Positions 58,528-64,000 of a stretch of 64,000 nucleotides of DNA are shown one piece after another. The position numbers and the translations under genes are program-made. Each line of letters begins with the position of its first letter. Position 1 is the stretch's first letter. The DNA is taken from contig CP133595.1 in the NCBI GenBank assembly GCA_031200235.1, positions 1,386,877-1,450,876 of the forward strand, written 5' to 3'. The DNA is from Cuniculiplasma divulgatum. GTDB taxonomy: Archaea; Thermoplasmatota; Thermoplasmata; Thermoplasmatales; Thermoplasmataceae. The notes under the pieces are model-generated. The model saw only the letters and a program-made list of their open reading frames with translations. It ran no database searches and was not told the DNA's origin.

Positions 58528-60240
58528 ATGAAAAACGAATCCATTAATGCCATAAGGAACGTGGTTGCCAGATATTACGACATCTCCTCAATAAATGAGC
58601 TTGAGGATTCAGTGGTTATAAAGACACAGAACCTGGACGATTATCCGGAGGAATACTTTGACAGGCTGGTCAGGGACCTGGAAGCACTGGGGTATATTGC
58701 ATTCACCAACGGCAGTTCGTCGGATGAAATAATAATCATAGACAGGCCAAGGCAGAGCGGTAATAAATTCCTCAAGCTTTTATTGCTTGCAGCCTCGTTG
58801 GTGAGCACAGCCTATTTTGGGATTGTTTATCAGGCCTCATATTTTCCGGAATCAGGACTGGCGGGAAACATTTTTTCAGGCATAATATTCTTCCTTCTGC
58901 CGCTTTCGGTTGTGCTTGGAGCCAGAGAGGCGGGCAAGTACGTGGCACTCAAGAAAAACGGGATGTCATACACCTTTCCGATTTTCGTGCCAGATCCTCT
59001 GGGAATTGGCACCATGGGTATTATAAATGCACCCAGCAAGCCGTACACCAGCAGGAAGGCAATGATTGAAATAGGATCATATTCCTTATTGTTCGGTCTT
59101 GTTATTTCAACTATTTTTTATGTGCTGGGGTCGGTCCTTACATTCTATTACCCACCCTCTGCAGCAGTGGTAAATTCCCCTGTGGAAAGGATTGGCTCGC
59201 CAATTCTGCTCCAGATCATATCCATGGGCATGGTGCCATCCAATGGGATTCTGGATCCACTTGCCCTTGCTGGCTGGGCTGGGTTAATAACCACGGCCTT
59301 CAATGCTCTTCCGCTGGGCTTCCTGGATGGCGGGCTTATATCCTCAGCCGTATTCGGGAAAAGAAGCGTTTACCTTTCATATCTTTCGGTTCTCGCCATA
59401 CTTGGCCTTGGAGTCATATATCCACCCTGGATAGTTCTCGCTGTATTTGCTCTTCTTGTGGGATTACGTGGACCGCAGCCCCTTAACAACCACTTCAGGC
59501 TGAGATCAAATGCCAAGGTTCTTGCCGCAGTTGCCCTTGTTGTGATCGTAGTGGGCATAGCGCCATTTCCATTTCAGACTTCCCTTAACAGCTTCACAAT
59601 CTCGGCTTCTCAACTAAACTTCGTCACATATCAGGGGAACAGCTCAGTGGCTGTAAACATGGAGATAAACAACACTGGTTCCTCAACAATGGTTCCAGCA
59701 TTCGAGATCTCCCCATCCGTTGCCTTCACGCTTTCCGGAAAGAGTAAATCAATATCGCCCGGGCAGGATTACGGTTACAGCCTCGATCTGAACACCAGCG
59801 GTTCAGTGCACCCAGGGTTCAATCAGTTCACGATTTCTGTATATTCAGGCAGCGTAGTCAAGACTTTTTCAGTGATTGTTATCAGCGTGAATCTCACCAG
59901 GGCTTTCATGTTCAACAACCAGGCACCCCTTTACATGTCAGTGAATAAAAGCCAGCAGTTCTCAATCTCACTGACGCCACCGGCTAATTCCAATCTCTCG
60001 GTGGTTTCCCTTGTGTCTCCTGCTGTGAACTACACTTATTACGTGCCACTTACCTCTGGTACACTTGTAGAATCCGTGAATGGATCAGTGGTGCCAATTA
60101 AACCCTTCTCCCTGAATGCCCATCTCAGCAGCACCACTCTGAACCTTACTTTTATGATGCCCCATCTTGTCGACGCATGGGAGATTGTGGCATACAACAG
60201 CACATATTCCGCGGCGGTGGCATTCATAAGGGTGACATGA
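58528..60240 (+). CDS. M50/site-2-protease-like membrane protein with degenerate HExxH and C-terminal beta-rich extracellular region
   Basis: 570 aa. GAREAGKYVALKKNG sits where M50 proteases have HExGHxxxAxxxG. NALPLGFLDGG is retained. The C-terminal 230 aa are rich in N-x-S/T sequons. Confidence 0.65.
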   Translation: MKNESINAIRNVVARYYDISSINELEDSVVIKTQNLDDYPEEYFDRLVRDLEALGYIAFTNGSSSDEIIIIDRPRQSGNKFLKLLLLAASLVSTAYFGIVYQASYFPESGLAGNIFSGIIFFLLPLSVVLGAREAGKYVALKKNGMSYTFPIFVPDPLGIGTMGIINAPSKPYTSRKAMIEIGSYSLLFGLVISTIFYVLGSVLTFYYPPSAAVVNSPVERIGSPILLQIISMGMVPSNGILDPLALAGWAGLITTAFNALPLGFLDGGLISSAVFGKRSVYLSYLSVLAILGLGVIYPPWIVLAVFALLVGLRGPQPLNNHFRLRSNAKVLAAVALVVIVVGIAPFPFQTSLNSFTISASQLNFVTYQGNSSVAVNMEINNTGSSTMVPAFEISPSVAFTLSGKSKSISPGQDYGYSLDLNTSGSVHPGFNQFTISVYSGSVVKTFSVIVISVNLTRAFMFNNQAPLYMSVNKSQQFSISLTPPANSNLSVVSLVSPAVNYTYYVPLTSGTLVESVNGSVVPIKPFSLNAHLSSTTLNLTFMMPHLVDAWEIVAYNSTYSAAVAFIRVT

Positions 60241-61307
60241 TCATGATTGCAGGTTTCTTCATCAATCCCATAGCAGGATGTGGTGCCATGCACGGGATGA
60301 AGGGATCGGATTACATGAAGATGAGTGAATGCAGGGAATCAGTGTCTCTCGCCCTTGCTGTGGAATTCCTGAGAAGAATCAACCCTGAAAACATCACTTT
60401 TTTCATACCCTCAGGAGATATGGGTGAAAAGGCATTCACTATTACAGGCCTTGATAACTACAGGACTATCTATGATCCGGCTGAACCTTCAACTTCAATG
60501 GACACAAAGAAATTTATTGAAATACTCTCCAAGAGATCTCCTGGCATCCTTGTCTTTTTTGGTGGAGACGGGACTGCAAGGGACATTGTGGATGCGCATC
60601 CTACATTTCCAGTAATTGGTGTCCCGGCAGGTTCAAAGATGTACAGTTCTGTTTTTGCCATCAGCCTGGACTCTGCTGTCAGGGTCTTTAATGATGTCGC
60701 ATCCGGAATGGTGGAAGATTTTGTACCATCAGAGGTCATAGATCTTGATGAAAGAGTCTATTCCACAGGCAGGATAGAGACAAGGTTTTACGGAGAACTT
60801 CTGGTGCCAAACAGCAGCAGGATACTTATGGAATCAAAGGCGGAATATACAGATGATTATGTTCAGGACGCCGCGGAATACATTCATGATCACATTGAAA
60901 ATGATGTTGATTACCTCATAGGTCCGGGTACAACATGCAAGAGCGTTCTGGCACTTTTCGGTCAGAAGGGGAGCATTCTTGGGTTCGATCTGTTCAGAAA
61001 TGGCAGAATCATGGAAACCAGCATGAATGAGGCGAGACTGTACGAGATAGCCAGCAGCAGTACAAGGATGATCATTTCTCCCATTGGAGGGCAGGGCTTT
61101 TTGCTTGGCAGAGGAAACAGAGAAATTTCGCCCAGGGTACTGAAAAAGATCGATCCACGCAACATAACTGTTATAGCATCCCCGAGGAAACTTGAAAACC
61201 TTAAAGTTCTCTACATCGATACTGGTGGCGAAAAAATCGACTTTCCACAATATGTCAGAGTGTTATATGGATATGGCAAATTTAAGATGGTTAAAGTGGA
61301 ACAATAA
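60237..61307 (+). CDS. ATP-NAD kinase-like family protein (COG3199-like)
   Basis: MIMIAGFFINPIAGCG, FGGDGTARDI. ATGA overlap with the upstream gene. Confidence 0.7.
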   Translation: MIMIAGFFINPIAGCGAMHGMKGSDYMKMSECRESVSLALAVEFLRRINPENITFFIPSGDMGEKAFTITGLDNYRTIYDPAEPSTSMDTKKFIEILSKRSPGILVFFGGDGTARDIVDAHPTFPVIGVPAGSKMYSSVFAISLDSAVRVFNDVASGMVEDFVPSEVIDLDERVYSTGRIETRFYGELLVPNSSRILMESKAEYTDDYVQDAAEYIHDHIENDVDYLIGPGTTCKSVLALFGQKGSILGFDLFRNGRIMETSMNEARLYEIASSSTRMIISPIGGQGFLLGRGNREISPRVLKKIDPRNITVIASPRKLENLKVLYIDTGGEKIDFPQYVRVLYGYGKFKMVKVEQ

Positions 61308-61364
61308 CACGGTTTTACCGGAATCTATCAAAATCTATAATTATGTGATGCGGATACTCTAAGG

Positions 61365-63107
61365 TTGATTAAAACTGATTCAGAAAACCGTGGCTTTTCT
61401 GATCTTTCAAAATTTGTGAAAAGGTCTCCCAGATGGTACACAATCATTTGGTTAACAGTGGTTATACTGGCGTTTGATTATTTCCTTCTCAGGAATGTCT
61501 ATCTGGTCATTATCGGAGTCCTTGGATCATACCTTCTGGTAATAGGCATCGACATGCTTTTTGTGAAGATTGCCCAGGTTTATTTCCCGGCTAGAAGGAT
61601 CCTGTTTCTTGATTTTCTGTCGCTCCTTATCGCCTCAATTTTCTTCTGGGCTGTGTATTTTTCCAGGATATTCACCAATCCTGAGATCATGCTTATGGTA
61701 TCCATATCTTCAGCCACTCTGCTGAGGGTTTTGATATTCTATACATATTATTCTGACAGGCCGCTCAAGTTTATCCCACCCACACTCAATTATACATTTG
61801 CAGCAATGGTAGCCCTTTCAATTATCTTCCAGGAATGGCTCACAATAATACCATTCGTCGTGTCTTCGGTCATATACATAGCATGCGGTGTGATCTTTGT
61901 CAAGAGTTCAACTCGTGGGTTTGCCAGGGAGTATGGTGAAAGCCCAGCCAAGATCATAAAGATGTTTCTGAATTACAACAACGAAGAAGTCAGCCAGGAG
62001 GTTGGTAACAATTTCTTTGGAAGGCTGTATAGACACGTGAGGCGTGTCCCAGTCAAGGTGATGGATATCAGGAGAGTGGCCGACGGATCCCGCATGACAA
62101 CACTGGTCTTTCCATATGTGCATCCCGGGCCCTTTGGAACCCTCGGTTCAAGTGATCTTCCAAAAAGACTTCAGACAAGGCTTTCCGATCTTGGAACAGA
62201 CCTGATGGTTTTCCATACCACAACCACAAACAGCAACAACTGTTCAGGCGATGATGACATAGACGAGATTGCATCCGCCGTAAGAACATCACTTCAGGAC
62301 ATGGATTATGTCAGGCTCATGTCGCGCTTCAAGAAGATCAATGTTGGCAAGTATGTCATAGGAATGCAGAGGTTTGGAGACTTTGGCCTTGGGGCAATAA
62401 TTCCTGAACGGGAACCATTTGACGATGTTAAACTCAAGGAGGGCCTCAAGATAATACACCATGTGGAGAGGAGCACTCTCAAGGAATTTGCTGCAATAGA
62501 CGCACAGAATTTCTTTACGGAAAAAGCTCTTGAGCTCGATGCCTGTGACGGCATGGAGAAGGCATTTGAACGCGAACTAAAGAGGCTGGAATCAAAGTAT
62601 CCATCAAGGATTGGATATTACCGGATTTATGAGCCTCTTCCTGAATTGGGTTCAATGGGAGTTCAGGCGCTTGTCACTGAAATACAGGGAAAATACCAGG
62701 CAACCGTGCTTACGGATTCAAACAACGTGACCAGGGAAGTTATTGAGGCAGCCAGAAAGAGAGCAGCTGACAGGATTGCATCTCTTGAAATATACACAAC
62801 TGACAACCACTATGTCAATGCCAGCAATCTGGACGTCAACCCCCTTGGGAAAGATGGAAATATTGACGATATTGTTGGGCTCATAGCGCGCACAGTTGAA
62901 AAGGCCATGGAATCTGTCACTGATGTTGAAGTTGGCATGAAGACAGTTAATGTAAAGGTCAGGATGGGAGATGAAAATACTTACCAGAGGCTAATAGATT
63001 CTGTATTTGATTCACTGAGGAGGGCTAAGTACACAATAATCATCACCATTCCATCAAGCATAATTGCTTCAATAGCTATTTTCAGATATCTGGTACCAGT
63101 CCTGTAA
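61365..63107 (+). CDS. large archaeal membrane protein (DUF2070-like)
   Basis: 580 aa. N-terminal half has about six TM helices, followed by a soluble domain and a C-terminal TM helix. TTG start. Confidence 0.6.
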   Translation: MIKTDSENRGFSDLSKFVKRSPRWYTIIWLTVVILAFDYFLLRNVYLVIIGVLGSYLLVIGIDMLFVKIAQVYFPARRILFLDFLSLLIASIFFWAVYFSRIFTNPEIMLMVSISSATLLRVLIFYTYYSDRPLKFIPPTLNYTFAAMVALSIIFQEWLTIIPFVVSSVIYIACGVIFVKSSTRGFAREYGESPAKIIKMFLNYNNEEVSQEVGNNFFGRLYRHVRRVPVKVMDIRRVADGSRMTTLVFPYVHPGPFGTLGSSDLPKRLQTRLSDLGTDLMVFHTTTTNSNNCSGDDDIDEIASAVRTSLQDMDYVRLMSRFKKINVGKYVIGMQRFGDFGLGAIIPEREPFDDVKLKEGLKIIHHVERSTLKEFAAIDAQNFFTEKALELDACDGMEKAFERELKRLESKYPSRIGYYRIYEPLPELGSMGVQALVTEIQGKYQATVLTDSNNVTREVIEAARKRAADRIASLEIYTTDNHYVNASNLDVNPLGKDGNIDDIVGLIARTVEKAMESVTDVEVGMKTVNVKVRMGDENTYQRLIDSVFDSLRRAKYTIIITIPSSIIASIAIFRYLVPVL

Positions 63108-63252
63108 TACATCCACACTCCTGTTGATCCAGGAATTATTGTCTGACAGATCAATTGTCTATGTAGGTAACAGTGTTTGAATACCTGCATGTTAACTGAT
63201 CGATCCTTGGTCAGACAAAAATGTTTATATATGTCCTAAATTATATAATGGT

Positions 63253-63594
63253 ATGGAATTAGTCGCCGACGGAAATATAATCAGATCGCTAAACAGAAGC
63301 GAATTAAGGAGGAAGGTTCTCTTCTATCTCCTGTCCATACATCCCTACAGATCCTATCTCTCCGAGATATCGAGAGCCGTGAAATCTGATCCTTCCAATG
63401 TGAAGGGATGCCTTGAAGGGCTGGGAGTAAGATATACCGGGGAGGAATCTCTGGTTGGGCTGGGTCTCGTATCATTCGAGCAGTCGAAAAACGGCTTCAA
63501 GTATTACAAGATCAACACGGACTTCATTGAGGACGTAAAGGCACTGAAAACCATGTTTAACCACAAGAAAGTATTTGCAGTGGAAATAGGCTGA
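63253..63594 (+). CDS. winged helix-turn-helix transcriptional regulator
   Basis: 113 aa. RRKVLFYLLSIHPYRSYLSEISRAVKSDPSNVKGCLEGL. A 9-bp inverted repeat TTGTCTGAC/GTCAGACAA (63139-63147, 63210-63218) abuts its TATA. Confidence 0.65.
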   Translation: MELVADGNIIRSLNRSELRRKVLFYLLSIHPYRSYLSEISRAVKSDPSNVKGCLEGLGVRYTGEESLVGLGLVSFEQSKNGFKYYKINTDFIEDVKALKTMFNHKKVFAVEIG

Positions 63595-63692
63595 TTCTAT
63601 TAATTATCATTAAACCAACTTCCGTCGGCTTCGTTATTTTTTCAAAATTTTCATAAGAAAGACTTAATTATCTAAATTAAATGGAGTGAGAG

Positions 63693-64000
63693 GTGGATAC
63701 TACGGTTGAATCTGTTGATGAATGGGTCAAGAAGCTGAGTATTACGTCCACGAAGGACGTGCAGGTACCCAGAATGCTGTTTGACCAAGTCATCGGACAG
63801 GAGGAAGCAAGGGAGGTTGTCAAGAAGGCGGCCATACAGAAGAGACATGTTCTTCTCATCGGCGAGCCTGGAACGGGCAAATCCATGCTGGCTCAGTCCA
63901 TGGTTGACTTCCTTCCCAAGGATGAATTGGAGGATATACTAGTTTTTCCAAATCCAGAGGATTCAAACAGACCGAAGATCAAAACTCTTCCGGCCGGGAA
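63693..64000 (+). CDS. lon: archaeal Lon protease (LonB), 3' end outside window
   Basis: GTG start after an in-frame [42 protein letters not shown]. Confidence 0.9.
   Translation, partial: MDTTVESVDEWVKKLSITSTKDVQVPRMLFDQVIGQEEAREVVKKAAIQKRHVLLIGEPGTGKSMLAQSMVDFLPKDELEDILVFPNPEDSNRPKIKTLPAG

Overview
The window reads as a chromosomal segment of a Thermoplasmatales-type archaeon. This is inferred from an unsplit rpoB, an actin homologue resembling what I recall of Thermoplasma Ta0583, archaeal TATA-type promoters placed 25-30 nt before starts (apparently leaderless), and roughly mid-40s percent GC by eye. Content is mostly housekeeping. It includes rpoB-rpoA1-rpoA2-nusA, the aIF1A-Rio1-KH operon, hemC/hemD, S13-S4-S11-rpoD, and a separated and inverted L18e-L13-S9-rpoN-tRNAPro block. 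It also carries suhB-nadK, prpB/prpD, a seven-gene trp operon (trpBADFEGC), pyruvate kinase, MCM, AspRS, AlaRS, fibrillarin, MBF1 and the start of LonB. Three tRNAs are present: initiator Met, Pro-GGG and Thr-GGT. There is no rRNA and no CRISPR array. Mobile DNA comprises one 1205-bp DDE insertion sequence with inverted repeats and a 9-11 bp target duplication. There are also two 1194-bp TnpB-only IS200/IS605-type elements about 98% identical to each other. One TnpB element splits a membrane-protein gene, and the reading frame is restored exactly if the element is removed 3' of TTCAC. Both elements end in three stacked stem-loops typical of an omega-RNA, with one structure-preserving substitution between the copies. 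The most interesting candidate system is a chromosomal ParMRC-like cassette: a cluster of ATGC..GCAT repeats, the actin-like ATPase, and a downstream ribbon-helix-helix plus coiled-coil protein with ParR-like architecture. Other observations are a zinc-ribbon insertion in RpoB, an N-terminal extension on RpoA2, and an M50-type membrane protein lacking both HExxH histidines. All function calls come from motif reading only; no searches were run.
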